Shown piece after piece: positions 1 through 13,377 of a DNA stretch of 64,000 nucleotides. The position numbers and the translations under genes are program-made. This DNA is from Carcharhinus longimanus (lineage: Eukaryota), in contig JASCQW010000112.1 in NCBI GenBank assembly GCA_030264375.1, positions 31,301,529-31,365,528 on the forward strand, in the 5' to 3' direction. Every line of letters begins with the position of its first letter. Positions within the stretch are counted from its first letter, which is position 1. Under the pieces are notes generated by a model, which was given only the letters and a program-made list of their open reading frames with translations, did no database searches and was not told the DNA's origin.

Positions 1-162
1 CCCGGTCAGTGGGGAATGGGGAGGCCAGCGATGTCTGGGTCAGTGGGGGATGGGGAGGACAGCGATGTCTGGGTCACTCGGGGATGGGGAGGACAGCGAT
101 GTCCGGGCCACTGGGGGATGGGGAGGACTGCGATGTCCGGGTCACAAGAGGATGGGAGGATG
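1..162 (+). repeat. G-rich 34-bp minisatellite, ~4.7 copies, truncated by the window start
   Basis: (a/t)gcgatgtc anchor recurs at 27, 61, 95 and 129. Confidence 0.9.
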
Positions 163-220
163 AGCACATCACTCCTTCAGCAATAAAATTGTACCTTTGA
201 AAGGTACCTGTACAAACTGT

Positions 221-306
221 ACACTCACCTGAAGAAGGATCAGTGCTCTGAAAGTTCGTGATTCCAAATAAGCCTGTTGGACTTTAACCTGGTGTTATGA
301 GACCTT
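221..306 (+). mobile_element. Penelope-type terminal fragment with degenerate hammerhead motif
   Basis: cacCTGAAGAaggatcagtgctctGAAAgttcgtg...cctgttggactttaacctggtgtt; homologous to the inserts at 27413 and 33132. Confidence 0.6.
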
Positions 307-949
307 TGTTAATATGGTACACTACCTGATAACTTATGGTTTGTGGGAAATTTGAAATAATCCAAACTAGTCTTGACTATAATAAAATAATTTTAATTAG
401 TAAATATAAAAACAGAACAAAATATCAAATTCATCTTACAGCACTGGTCATTTCTTTACAAAAAAATGAAACCGTTTAGATTTTCACTTGACTGATTGCA
501 AAACTGGGTATAAACGATAAAATTAAATATCAGTACAAAAGTGCATACGTTACCAAACTAAATAAAACTATGAAATATAAAAGTTATATAAATGATCTGA
601 ACACAAAGCTTCACAGACAAAATCAATTTTAACTAATCAATCACAATGATGTAACAAAAACAATAAATGTTTCTTTTTTTATAATAAGAACTTAAAGTAG
701 TTACTTCAGAGAGACCTGGGCTCCAATATTAACTCTGCTGGGTTTGAAGTAGAGGTGGGAGTACAATATCTAATGGGAAACCTGGAAACACCTCCATGTG
801 TCTGTTTATAGCATTTTAATGCACTGCCTAATTGTAACTTTACTTCTGAGTTTGGTGCAGGGTGACACAATTTCGACTGAGTATTTAAAAGGCCAATCCA
901 AAGACAGGAACTTGGAGGAGTTTAAACAGAGAGAGGGATAAGTTTCATC

Positions 950-3060
950 ATGGACAGGACAAAGACTGCAGCTCAATTTAGTGAAGCATTGCTTGCTGCA
1001 GTGAGGAGTTGGAGAGAAACATCCTTCCTCAGCAATGGTGGTAAGAAATCAACTACTGTAACAAAGGAAGTGTCGGAAGGTGGCCAATGAGGTCAACAGC
1101 AGTAGCATAGGGTTGTGTTTTCCTTGCGAACTTTGGAAGGCCAAGGTTGGGGCTAAATGGGGTCCCAAGTTTGGCAGCGAGATTGGTAGCACAATATTCC
1201 AGAAGACCACTTCCACTTTTGCTATGCTATTAAAGTTGGCCCAAAGAACTAGCAGCTCTGGTCTCTTTGCAACCCCACTCAGACCACAAGGATGCTTCCA
1301 TGTCAAGGCCTCCCTTTCACTGGCTAACACAGAAGAGCTGCACTGAAGATTCCTGCAGCCGATAAGAACATTGGGATGATTGGGAAACCGTCTGCAGGTT
1401 TGAAGATAGCCACAAGTATGGCCTTTCATCATAACCCCATCACTGGGGCATAGAACATCTCTGCTGACCCACTTAACGTGTTGCTGGGAGGCCTCCTTAT
1501 TTGAACTCTGCACTCTATGGGGGGGGTGCGGTGCGGGGGCCTATCAAAGACAATTTTTAAAAAGCCCTATGTGGGACCATCAATTGAACTAACCGGTTAC
1601 CAGTTCACATGTGGGAAAGATCCCCAGTGGAACATTCCATGAGGAATGCATTGGAAGCCAGGATGACAAGTCTCCTCTTTTTCCAGCCCCCTTTCTCCAT
1701 CCCTGTCTTCAGGATGCCTGGGGAATCCAACCTAGTTTTCTTTCAGAATTTAGTGCAGGGAGTGCTTTAATGACCTAGTCAAGGCAGGAAAAACAAGTTT
1801 CACAATCTATTTTGCGCATACCACACCCTGTCATTCTGTCGTAACAAGCCTATTCATTGCCTTTCAAAGATATTTACCTCTTGTTCTCGGTCTGTGCACT
1901 TTGTCAAATTCCTATGCATCCATTCAGCATTGCATCTCACCCCTGAACCTTCTGCAGTTCTACCCCTCTTCTCAATAGTCAGGCACTGAACTGCACATAT
2001 GCCTTCGCAATCAATCATACGTCTGCTCATTCTTTCATTCAGCAGCAAAAAGCAGAGATGACAAGGGATAGGGAGAGACTATTGACTCACCTCCCCCTCC
2101 AGCAGAATCAATACCTGACTTGCTACCTTTTTTCCTAATGACCAAGTCTGGCATTGTGCAAGAGCAGGTGAAGCAGTTTTTGTCACAGTCATCTCAGGCT
2201 CCAATACCCAAAGGTCAGCAACCAAGAGCATCTCAACAATCAGAGCAGAGAGCCAAGCAGCCTACTTATACCTCTGCTGAAATCATGGGTTGCACCATAT
2301 ATGAACAGTAGGTAAAAGATGAACAAAGTTCTGTATCAGGGCAAAGTGTTGAAGAATATTGTTTGTCATCATTCTGCAAACTCTCACTGATGAGTACTAA
2401 AAGGCATATCCAGCTGCGACAAGCATTCCAGTGCATTGTGTGCTTGCCAGTGACTCCCTCAGTGGCATATCTGATGATCATATGGCTGTTGTGGTTGCGC
2501 TTTTGAGGCCTACTGGTAAGGCTCCCTCCTCACATCATTACCCATGTTTGATGGCAATATCCTTTGTCTCCTAGCTAGCCCCCCCTTTTAAATTTGCCTG
2601 TTAGTCTAGAGAGACCAGGGAGGTTGGACTGCCAGAGGATTAATGCACATATACATAAACCTTTGAACATCAGCTGAACATTGAAGGAATCCCCTACAAT
2701 TTATGAATATTCCTAGTTCATCTGATTGACTGTACTTGACAATTGTACACAATGATACCCTGCATCAGTTAGAAGCCAGAGTCACAAACTAGAATGCCTG
2801 TTCATCCTGGCTGCAAGCATCACAGACAAAGCGGACATTATTGCCTGTCTATTTTTGATTTGCTTTATACATTTATGGCAGCTGACTTCCGAGATCCTGC
2901 AATTCCTTCCAGCAGCGACTGGAAGAATTTGGAAGCAAAGAAGCCGAGTACAGCAATTACTCTCACAGCCATTGTGCTGTCAAGAGATCAACTTTTAGGA
3001 GGTTGCAGGTGTCTTCCTCCAGGTGATACGACAATTTCTGCTTCTGAAAGCTTCTGGTCT
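950..3060. mobile_element. Degenerate PIF/Harbinger DNA transposon: Myb/SANT-like ORF remnant on plus, transposase remnant on minus
   Basis: Plus 950-1110 MDRTKTAAQFSEALLAAVRSWRETSF...VANEVNS. Minus MAVRVIAVLGFFASKFFQ (~2970-2920), IFINCRGF/FNVQL (~2710-2672) and LGDKGY..TWVM (2574-2540), matching Harbinger DDE motifs, with stops and frameshifts. Confidence 0.65.
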
Positions 3061-6000
3061 TTCAAGANNNNNNNNNNNNNNNNNNNNNNNNNNNNNNNNN
3101 NNNNNNNNNNNNNNAATAGTGCCTCATGTGAGTTCTTACCCTCCACTGCTCCCTGCTTTGCTCATCATCTGCAGGTTGTTGTTACTGATAGCTACTATGG
3201 ATGGTCATCTTGCTCCTCATCTGAAGTCTAATCTAAGGCATCTCTCCATTCAACCCCAATTTAGTATCTCCAAAGTGCACAAATTAACCTCTTGCCACAA
3301 ATGCTTTCCCATTTGGGAGATTAGAGTGTGGCTATGAGCACTCAAGTGCTTATTGCTGTTGCGAGTCTTTCCTCTAATGAGCCCCATGAATTACTGTTCT
3401 CTTCGCACCTTGGTTTCAATGGTGAGTTTCATGGAGCCCAGGAAATTCATGCAGACATCATTCAGTTTAAATACTGTTAAATACTTTGACTTAAATTATC
3501 AAATCGGTACATCTCCTTGCTGGAGGAGGCCACAAGACACACAGCCAAACATGCCCAAATCAAACTTGGAAGTCACCGTCTCTTTCAGGTCACAATGACA
3601 TTTTTGACAAAGTATACATCCCCTATTTGAACTTAAATCTTAGTGTTCCTTAATGTTAACATTACTCCCCCCACCACCACCAGACCTTCATCATTCGAAG
3701 TATACATCCCCTATTTGAACTTAAATCTTAATGTTCNNNNNNNNNNNNNNNNNNNNNNNNNNNNNNNNNNNNNNNNNNNNNNNNNNNNNNNNNNNNNNNN
3801 NNNNNNNNNNNNNNNNNNNNNNNNNNNNNNNNNNNNTAAATCCCCCCCCACCCACCACCACCAGACCATTCATCATTCAACGTGAATTGTATACTCATTA
3901 GTACACTGAGATTAAACAACCACAGTGAAGGTCAGAAGGTTTGACCTGCAAACCTCCAAGAGGTAGATATATCAAAATTATTCCAAATCCTGGTGATACC
4001 AATAGGTCTCCATCTTATAAATTCATATCTTCAATTCAGTTCTGTGATCATTGCAATCTAATTCACACAAGTGTTTTAATTTTCCAAATATTAAGAAAAA
4101 AATTCGATCTCCAGTTGAACTAACATTAGAGGTTTAAGATCAAATCAATTTGGACACCATCTGTAAAATAAAATAATAATATTAATTTCTGGACTACTTT
4201 TTGAATCATATAACTCTTCCTTTTCTGAACTCTGATAAATTCTAGGTGGCTGGCATAGACATAATTGGCTAAATAGCCTCCTTCTATGCCATGAACCTCT
4301 TCCTGTGTTAGCTAGATAGATTGACAGTACAGCAGATTGACATAGCAACACATGCTAAAACTATACTAGTTGGATGTAGATTGTTGATTTTAATCTCCCA
4401 TGCTGCAAAACTCCCAATCTCCCCAAATTATTCTACAACAGTAAAAATGCTTGCTGGGCTGTCCTATAATACAGAATTGGCACTATGTAAGGGGAATCAA
4501 ATCAAAGGTAAGCTTGAGCAGGAAATGGAATACACTTGCATACTTCAACTCTAATACTTCTGTAATTGCAACATTAGTTTAGTGAAATAAAGTATTAGGA
4601 TATTAATGAAATAAAATATTAGGTCCAGCTACTTATGAATATAAGCATTCAGTGCCGGAACTAAATTTGAAAAGATTGCATTAAAGTTACTAGACTTAAC
4701 AAAGCTATATTGCTTGCAACTATTTAATTAATAGCAAAGTAGTTAAATTTGCATAAAATGANNNNNNNNNNTGACCTCCCTGTATCCCTCAGTACTTTTA
4801 AGAGTGGATTTGCATCATAATTCATGAAGAGCTGCACAGGAAACATAGCACAAATATAAAGATGTTGATTCTACATAAGAACATCATTTTCATAATATCC
4901 ATTTTTCTTTTCATTCCCAACCACAACTACTAAGGTAGTCTCCCTCAACATTATAAGATCAAATCAAAGCACGGTGTATCTACTTTTTCCAAGCAGTGAG
5001 TAGGCTATCCTAGATAAAACAAGGTGGATGATTTTATACAGTAGTGCTGGGCAACCTAGCTAGTGAACAGGCCATTTGAGTGGCCCTCCTTCATCACAGT
5101 GGGCCACAAGATTGAAACCAGGTTCATTAACTGTGGTCCTTGAACAAGATTGAATATACTTAATACATGCCGAATATTTCGTAATAAGTTATAGAAAATG
5201 CTTAATCATTCATATATTAATAGAATTGTCACTCACTTCAAAGGGCGAAAACAAAAGAAATNNNNNNNNNNNNNNNNNNNNNAGAGCGCACGGATCTCAA
5301 TCATTGCTGTGGGCAATCAGCATGCACCTCACTTCATGTGATCGTGCTTTATGTGTGTATCCCTTCAGTTATACCAATAGGAAAAAAGCTATGCAGAAAG
5401 AAACCAGCGGAATGTGGCAACTCTGCTTTTGGGCAATAGTCAACAAAATGTGTCATGGGCCGCAAGTGGCCCCTGGGCTGCAGGTTGCCCACTACTGTTA
5501 TACAGGAACAATTTGCCTAGTTTACTGTGGCCAGAAGAAAACTGCTACCGTAATGTGATTAACAATCTTTGTTGTAACTTAGCGAAACGAATGTTTCTCC
5601 TTCTTTAACATACCACTGATAGCATGTCTCTTAATTTTAATGACTTGAGAGATAATAACCTAACAAATTTAAGCCTACCTCAGTATCCAAAAAAAATTGA
5701 ATGTTAAGTACAGCCCTAATATAATTAACTGAGCATTAAATTGCTTCCCAAAGCAAAGTTTAGTTTTCTGAAAAGCCATCCTAGTTTTTACTGTTAGTTA
5801 TTATATGAACTTGCTCCAGAAAAATATTCAGAGGCAATGTTGTGGTACACTTATGACAATTAAAGTTTATCAGTGTAATCAAATATGCATTTTGAAACTT
5901 GAAGTTGATGAACTAATTTAGCATTCTGTATAGTTCCAACATTTTGTTGACAATATCTAACTTACCACAGTACTGAGAGCAAATATTTTCAACTTACTTT

Positions 6001-6120
6001 TAGATAATGTTGCAGGTCTTTGATTGCTTTCTGGAAAGTTGTGGACGTACTCTAGACTCAAATATTCTGTGGGAAAAGTGAAAAACTGAAAATACAACCT
6101 GTTATGTGGTCATTTATATC

Positions 6121-6400
6121 ATCATAGAATCTCTAAAGTGCAGGAGGCCAGTTGGCCCATCATGTCTGCACTGACCACAATCCCACCCACGCCTTATCCC
6201 CATAACCCCACTTTACTTACTCTGCTAGCCCCCTGACACTAAGGAACAATTTAGAATGGCCAATCAACCTAACCTGCACATCTTTGGAGCGTGGGAGGAA
6301 ACTGAAGCACCCGGAGGGGAGAACGTCAAATTCCACACAGTCACCCAAGGCCAGAATTGAACACAGGTCCCTGATACTGTGAGGCAGCAGTGCCAACTAT
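6121..6400 (-). mobile_element. HE1-type tRNA-derived SINE
   Basis: Reverse complement of gcactgctgcctcacag...gggacctgtgttcaattc...caaagatgtgcaggttaggttgattggcc, shared with other copies in the window. Confidence 0.8.
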
Positions 6401-6440
6401 TCCTTGATTCAGATATTTCAGACTACAGTATGAGTAATTT

Positions 6441-6569
6441 GAGATGAGACATATGGTAGGTGTGGTATGCTTAGGAGGAATAGGAGATGAGACATATGGT
6501 AGGTGTGGTATGCTTAGGAGGAATAGGAGATGAGACATATGGTAGGTGTGGTATGCTCAGGAGGAATAG
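6441..6569 (+). repeat. 43-bp tandem repeat, 3 copies
   Basis: gagatgagacatatggtaggtgtggtatgcttaggaggaatag at 6441, 6484 and 6527; one substitution in copy 3. Confidence 0.95.
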
Positions 6570-7246
6570 TTTAAGACCTTCAACCTCAAGGGGATTGTTT
6601 TCACCTCAGTTTTGGGTTTGCTGTAGACTAACTTATTGAGATTGATTGTCATGAATTGTCAACAATTCAATTATTGTTGCATCATGTGAATACTAGGTAA
6701 GTAGAACACAAGCGCCTTTGTTCTTATCTCTCCTGGCCTGCATTCTCAAACTCAATTGGTGTTGAAATGACATCTAAGTGTTCACAGGTGTACTTTAAAG
6801 TTTTAAATTGGAACAGATCCCAATTCCTAATATTACAAAATGGTTCCATAACCATGCATATGAACATAAAACATTCATAGCCATACTGAAGCTGTTTATG
6901 CCACAACTCCCAGGAGGGGTGACCTGCAACTCCTAAGCAATTTGTTATAAGATCCCATATTGCAAATTATTTTATTCATCCCCCTAGTTGTGTTTGGGAA
7001 CATAACCCACTTTTAGTAGCTTATAAATTTGTAGTGAATTAGCTACAATGTGGGACAGCCATCCATATTAATAGAACTTCTTTGCCTATAATCAACACAA
7101 TAAAATCAAAATCATCAGCTCAATCATAATTAGTTAATTTAAAAAATTGATACCAGCTCCAGATTCATTTGGAAGATATTCACATTCCACCATTTTGATA
7201 ATCCATCCACAATTCTGTTTTTGGCAATACACTAGCATGAATTTCA

Positions 7247-7471
7247 TTTAGGAGCTAAATCTTTAAGAATAAAAAGTGTTACCATAGAGACTTAACTTAT
7301 TATAAATCAGATGAAGTAACACATTACTGTATAGTAACTCTATACAGTAATGTGTTACTTTATGACACTCAACCAATGCATGTTGAATCAAAAATATAAT
7401 TTATAATATATACCACCTAGTTAAGTCTCTATGGTAACACTTTTTATTCTATGTGAAATTTAGCTCCTAAA
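7247..7471. repeat. Nested inverted repeat (MITE-like palindrome)
   Basis: Perfect arm pairs: 7247-7260 with 7458-7471 (14 bp), 7266-7297 with 7419-7450 (32 bp), and inner hairpin 7314-7334 with 7340-7360 (21 bp, 5-nt loop). Confidence 0.92.
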
Positions 7472-10093
7472 AGCAGTGAGCTAGTAGCTGATAACTTAAG
7501 AATTAGGAGGAGTCTGTCTTCTGGCCCCTCAATCCCACTCAGTAAGATTATGGCTGGACTTGCTCATTTGATTCTACTTTCTTGTTCCATCTCATTATGT
7601 TTGAGACAAACATTTAACCCCACAATCCTGTAAGTCTCTTTTGTATATAGTAATGGTGTGGGTACATTAGATCAATATTACTGGGATAATGATCCAGACG
7701 AGTTTGAATTCACTGACAGCTGGACAATTTAAATTAAGCAGTTAATTAAATAAATATGAAACTAAAGAGCTAGATTTGGCAATGGTGACATGAAATTGCT
7801 GGATTGACAAAAAACCCCAGTTTCCTTTAGGGAAGGAAATTTGCCATCCTGGTGTTATCTTGTGTGCAACTCCAGAACACAACAATGTGCTTGAATGGCT
7901 GCCCACGGAAATGGTTTAGGAAGTCACTCAGTTGTCTTGAGTGTAATAAATACTGGCCTTGTCACTAACATCCACATCCCATGAATGCTTAAAAAAAATA
8001 CTGATGTTGGCTAATGAATACTGCACAACAGGATAAGAACAAATTAAATATCTGCAGGACAATAAACTTCCAAATGGATGGTCATGACCACAATGAAAGG
8101 TATTTATTTAGTTTGTTACTTGCCAAGAGTAGCATGTGTGGGGGAAAAAAAAAGTGTCGAAATTTTCAGTTTTGCTTGCACATTTTCTGCAAGGCAAATC
8201 TGGAAAATTCTTGGCTGCTTTAGGATAGGAGTCACATGCATAATTTGAAAGTTGCATGAGGCTTTATTAAAAAGAGGATTAGTGTGAGCAGAATGTTTGT
8301 CCATTTGGTAAGACATGATAAAATTCACCACATTTTGGTGTTTTCGTTCTTCCAAGTCAAGGTAGATTAAAATTCAAGATGTTTATATTTAGATCACCAC
8401 AACACATTTAACCCTTATAGTTACAGCTACATAATTTAATCAAAAATTTAGAGTCCAAAAATTTGTCATGTCATACCCAACATGGACAAAAAACTTTGGA
8501 AACCATGAAAAGCAGTTATTAATACCAGATCTTTAACAACACTTCAAAATACAATAAACAAATCATAGATCATGATTCAGACATATTCAGTACAGTGAAG
8601 TTGGGAAACTGTGTAAAGAATGCAAATTGCAAATCTTGAAATGGAGGTGGAAGTTATGCATTTCTCAGGTTCCCATTAGTTTCAAGTGTAGCATGATGAT
8701 TTCCCCAGAAGTAACACAGATCTACACCAAGTCATTCAGCTACCAGAGGAAGTCTCAAGCTTATTCAAGGTAAATGTTGGGCTGCTCAACAAAAAGAATA
8801 GTTTAATTCTTGACTGTACCATTACTGTATGTTTAATATTGATGAGTGGAATTAATAAATGGCTTAGTCCTTGGACCCAAGAGGTCCTGATAGCTTGGCA
8901 CCATAAGGATGCATTAATGTGGAGAACTAGAATGCATCCAGTCTACAAGAGAGGATGAATTACAAAGCACAAATGAGTTTTAAGTCACCAACAGAAGGCT
9001 TAACTGGTCTTGAAATTGTGAATAGCAAAGGATGGGGAGAGGAGGAAAAGAGAGTGTCAAAAAGTCACCCTTTAATCTACCTTCAGATATCACCATACTT
9101 CGAGTAGTCTTGGGTATCAATTGTTTCATGCAAAAAAAGAGTTGATGCAGAAACACGATTGTGTTTTTTTAAATCGAAACAAATAATTTGTGATTAGCAC
9201 AGGATTTCCTTACTGAAAGTATAACTACCTGGTCAAGTGTACAGCACAAGGCGGTAGCAGGCTGATGACCTAGGGTCTTCAAGTAGGAGTATGAACATAG
9301 ATATAGAGAAGTATTTCCAGAAATAGGCCCCATAAAATACCAACAAATCCAATAAGGAAGAGGAGAAACTTAGGCTGGGGTCTTCCAGTCCCACTGAGGT
9401 CTACAGCATTTGCACAGCTCACTTGGTCCTGCCACACAGCAGGAGACGATTTTGGGAAGACCAGAAGATTCTGCCGATGGCAAAGGCTGGAAAATCCCAC
9501 CCTTAGTTCCACATTCTAACCAGAGTAACATTCAGCCACAAAATGGTACAAGGCAAATAGTGTCGGAATAGAAGGCTGCAGTGATAGGATTAGATGNNNN
9601 NNNNNNAATGCAAAACCATTTTTAATAACTCCATCAGGGAAATGAGGAGAAATTTCTTTAATCAGAGTGGTTAGAATGTGGAACTCACTACCACAGGAAG
9701 TGGTTATGGCTAATGATTTAGACACTTCCTAAAGAAAACTTAGATTAGTACAACATAGAAAGGGACTTGATGCTGAATGGCTGAGATGAGGAAGGCAGAA
9801 TGAGAAAAACTTGGGTGAGGTACAAACATCAAGTTGGAACAAATGGCCTGTTTGTTTTGTTTATGTATTGCAGCAGAAGAAACCTTTAGCCAGTAATAGA
9901 GTTTACTCCCATATTTTAATTTGGATGTTGATGCATAGACCTGGTATAAAAAGTTTAGACAGGAAGCAATTTAGATATTAGATACCAAAAACCACCAAAG
10001 TAATGAAAATGCAAGCTACAATAGTTGACAAGAGAAGCTCAAGCAAGATTCTAAGAAAATTACTGTGCACTCATTTGTAGGGAGCAAAGTATA

Positions 10094-10099
10094 TTTATT
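10094..10099 (-). terminator. CKB polyadenylation signal AATAAA
   Basis: tttatt on plus = AATAAA about 160 nt after the stop, immediately preceded by ATTAAA (10109-10104). Confidence 0.7.
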
Positions 10100-10259
10100 C
10101 ATTTTTAATCCATCAGCAACAACAATGCAATGATAATTTCAAGATTACTACATTTAAAGTATTTTGCTAAAGGTGATACTTTTCCCAATCCATCGAGGTT
10201 TTCATAATATTATACAATATATCCAGTGAATGGTTTAGAGGTTGTTTGATAAAGTGACT

Positions 10260-10438
10260 TTACTTCTGAGCTGGGATAAGACCATCAATAGCCTGACCCT
10301 TTTCAAGGCATTTCTCCATTTCAATAAGCAGCTTGACACCATCAATCACCATTTGAACCAATTCAACTTCAGAGAAGCCTAGACGGTCAGCATTGGAGAT
10401 ATCAAAAACACCACCAACTGCAGCAGTATCAACACCAC
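10260..10438 (-). CDS. CKB: CKB exon 8 (last coding exon)
   Basis: 179 nt including TAA; (G)[58 protein letters not shown]; ttggcag acceptor. Summed CDS is 1146 nt, in frame. Confidence 0.97.
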
Positions 10439-11588
10439 CTGCCAATGAGAAGCAACAAAACGTCAGTCACACTGGTACAACTGCAAAAGAATTATTAAAA
10501 AGAGTGACTTGTTAAAGTTGTATAGAAATGCTAAAATTTGACAAGAAAATGGTAAGTCATGTGATTTTCCCAGCCCTCACAGGCCAGAGAACGTCAGCAG
10601 GAGCCCAAAAATGGGAATCTCTTCCCAGGCTATTCCGCTCCCCCCCTCCACCACCCCATGTAAAAATCAGCCTCACACCAGGGAGCATGCAAGGCTGATT
10701 ACAATATGGAAATCAGTATCTCCATCCATTAGTGAGTCCGGGTCGCAATTGTCCGGGATTGCTAATGTTTCTGACCCTGCCGATGGAGGTCTACACCACC
10801 AGGGATCACACAAGATCTCCAGTGATGGGGACCAGGTGTGGTGGCCTCACTGGTGGGATCAGAGGCCATTCAGGTCCCCTGGAGGTTGGGGTAAGGGGGT
10901 GTCCCTTGGGCAATGCCAGCCTGGTAGTGCCACAGTGGCACTACCAAGAGGCAAAGTAGGAGAGAAACTCTGCACTGGGGGGGTGTCACATGTTATGGTC
11001 TGCCAGTATACTGGCAGATTGGCACATGCACACTGACCCCCACAGCCAGTCCAATGCCAGTCTCTGGTGTGATTAGGCCCCCCCGCCAGTGTAAATCGCC
11101 TGAGCTGCAGAGCGCCAGAAATTCATTTTACTAAGCTCACCAAGAACGAACAAAGCAGGAAAAACTCCCATTTTCTCAACTGTTGAGCACCTTGCACCCA
11201 AGATGTCTAAAAAGTAGGAATTAGTTACAGCAATATATATTTTAAACTAAAGTTCCTTATAAGGCAGTGATTTCCAAAGGCACGTTTTATCTTATTGACA
11301 ATTCTTTTTCTGTTCAAAACTTGGTGGAATAATGTTCGGGCATGCCATGAAAATGTATAGAATATAGAAAGGAAAATAAATACTGTAAACCATTGCTTCA
11401 AAATGTCCTAGAGGCTGAAATGAATCATGCTTTAAAAGGGTATGTTGAAATTATAAAAATAGCAATTCAAAATTCTACTGGGAAGAATGCCAAATCTCAA
11501 GTGATAATCTAAACAGAACTGGTTTAGGTTTATGCAATAGAATCCAAATTTGGCCTCATACCTCAACCAATCTCTTTCAAAAGGATGA

Positions 11589-11687
11589 CGCAAACAACCC
11601 AATGCATAGATCGTGCGCAAACAACCCAATGCATAGATCGTGCGCAAACAACCCAATGCATAGATCGTGCGCAAACGACCCAATGCA
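11589..11687 (+). repeat. 27-bp tandem repeat, ~3.7 copies
   Basis: cgcaaacaacccaatgcatagatcgtg at 11589, 11616, 11643 and partial at 11670. Confidence 0.95.
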
Positions 11688-13214
11688 AAAAGAGCGCTTT
11701 CAGACCATTTGCAAACAAGTGATTTGAAGTCACAGAAGTGGGCTTGATCAAGAATTCCTGTCCATCACACCTCAGGTAAAAATATACAAGTTGCTGTTCA
11801 ATTCTCATTTGTTCCTTCCATTCTTTGGCAGCAGTTCAGTTGTTTACCTTCAGACAGAACTAGCAAGCTAGGCACACACAAGGATCAGCATGCTGCAGCA
11901 AGGAAAAGTAATCTGGTCTGCACTGTAGAGCTGGATTTAAACCACCAATCCTACACCAGCAAACATATGGATAGTGGCCATGTAAAATCCAGTGGGTGGC
12001 CATCCTGCCACATCCCAACCTATCTGACATTTTACAGGAGAGGCAGTGGCTGTAGGCAGTAGGGATTGGAGATGGGGTGGGAGGTTGCTCCAGGATTTAA
12101 GCTGGAGGTCCCATAGTATTGTTTAAAGAAAAAAAGGCCCATCTAGCTATTCACAGCCCCATCCCTAACCTATCACTTAAAATCCTGGAACCCTCAACTT
12201 GCATCTTGACCAATCCCCATACTACTTTAAACTGAATTCTTAGGAGGTGAACATTATATCCAGCTCAGCCAGAAGTGTGCATTACCCATATCAAATAGTA
12301 ACATCAGATTATCCAGGTCAAAAAAAGTTTACTAGATTGCTCAATGCATATATTGTGTTGTAAAGCAATTGTAAAATCTTTGAAAAGTAATTTTCCATTC
12401 TGTGATTATCCAGGTCAAAGTCCAAAGTTTATCTTCCAAAGTAATATTTCAGTTTCACCACTGTACAAAGTGTTACAGAATCACTTGCAATTGAACTCAG
12501 AATTCATAATTAGAGATCATTGCATGGATAATCAAGGGTAGTTAGTATTAACTGAAGTAAAATTGGTATGTACTGGACGTGGAAATACACAAACTGTAGT
12601 TTATATGACTACCCAGATGGCATTAATGGTTTTTACACAGGAAGCTTCTAAATCGGAGAAAATTGCTTGATAAACCATAGAATTAATGGCTGCAGCTTGG
12701 TGTGGAACACAGTTGGGGAGGTATGAAACTGCAGGGATCAAAATATATATTAAAAAACTGGTGTTCTTGGGCAAAATGGTGAGATGGCCTGCTTTTCAAC
12801 ATGCGGGAAATGCAGTTTAACATAGAAAGGTGTTAATGAATAGATCTGGGGTGATAAAACAAGGATTGTCTAGATACATTCAGTGGAAAGCTGTTGCTAA
12901 ATTATGTGCAGAGATAAACCTTGGGAGAAATGCATTATTTCCTGCAAGTGAAACTGATAAACAAAGAAACCAACAGCATTTTGAATGAGAGAGCAAAGAA
13001 CTCATGTACATGATTAGACCACAGTTACAGCACTATTTCTAATATAAATAAAACATTCAAAATTGTAAAGGTCATGAATGAAGCCCAGTCCATTACTCAA
13101 ACCAGCCTCCTATCCATTGACACTGTCTACACTTCCCACTGCCTTGGAAAAGCAGCCAGCATAATCAAGGACCCCACGTACCCAGACATAGGGAAAAGGA
13201 TACAAAAAAGTCAG

Positions 13215-13377
13215 AATCATATCATAGAACCCTACAGTGCAGAAAGAGGCCCTTCAGCCCATCAAGTCTGCAACAAACACAATCCCACCCAGGCCCTATC
13301 CCCATATTATACCCACTAATCCCTCTAGCCTACACATCCCTGGACACTAAGGGGCAATTTCTTAGCATGGCCAATCA
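13215..13377 (-). mobile_element. HE1-type SINE 3' part, cut by an assembly gap
   Basis: Nearly identical to the tail of the 16983-17325 copy. Confidence 0.75.

Noticed and set aside
1049-1513. 154-aa ORF, and similar long ORFs at 18435, 10611, 30314 and 33357
   Set aside because: No recognisable domain or exon structure; they overlap transposon remnants or the promoter.
3610-3880. 88-bp period duplication beside an N gap
   Set aside because: It abuts and spans a scaffold gap, so it cannot be told apart from a contig-end overlap artefact.
310-10000. Terminal exons of MARK3, expected next to CKB from human synteny
   Set aside because: No kinase or KA1-domain coding sequence could be recognised.
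11432-11808. ORFs with repeated peptides (RTIYALGCL, WVVCARSMH); CRISPR-like appearance
   Set aside because: These are translations of a head-to-tail 27-bp minisatellite. There are no unique spacers and the context is a vertebrate intron.
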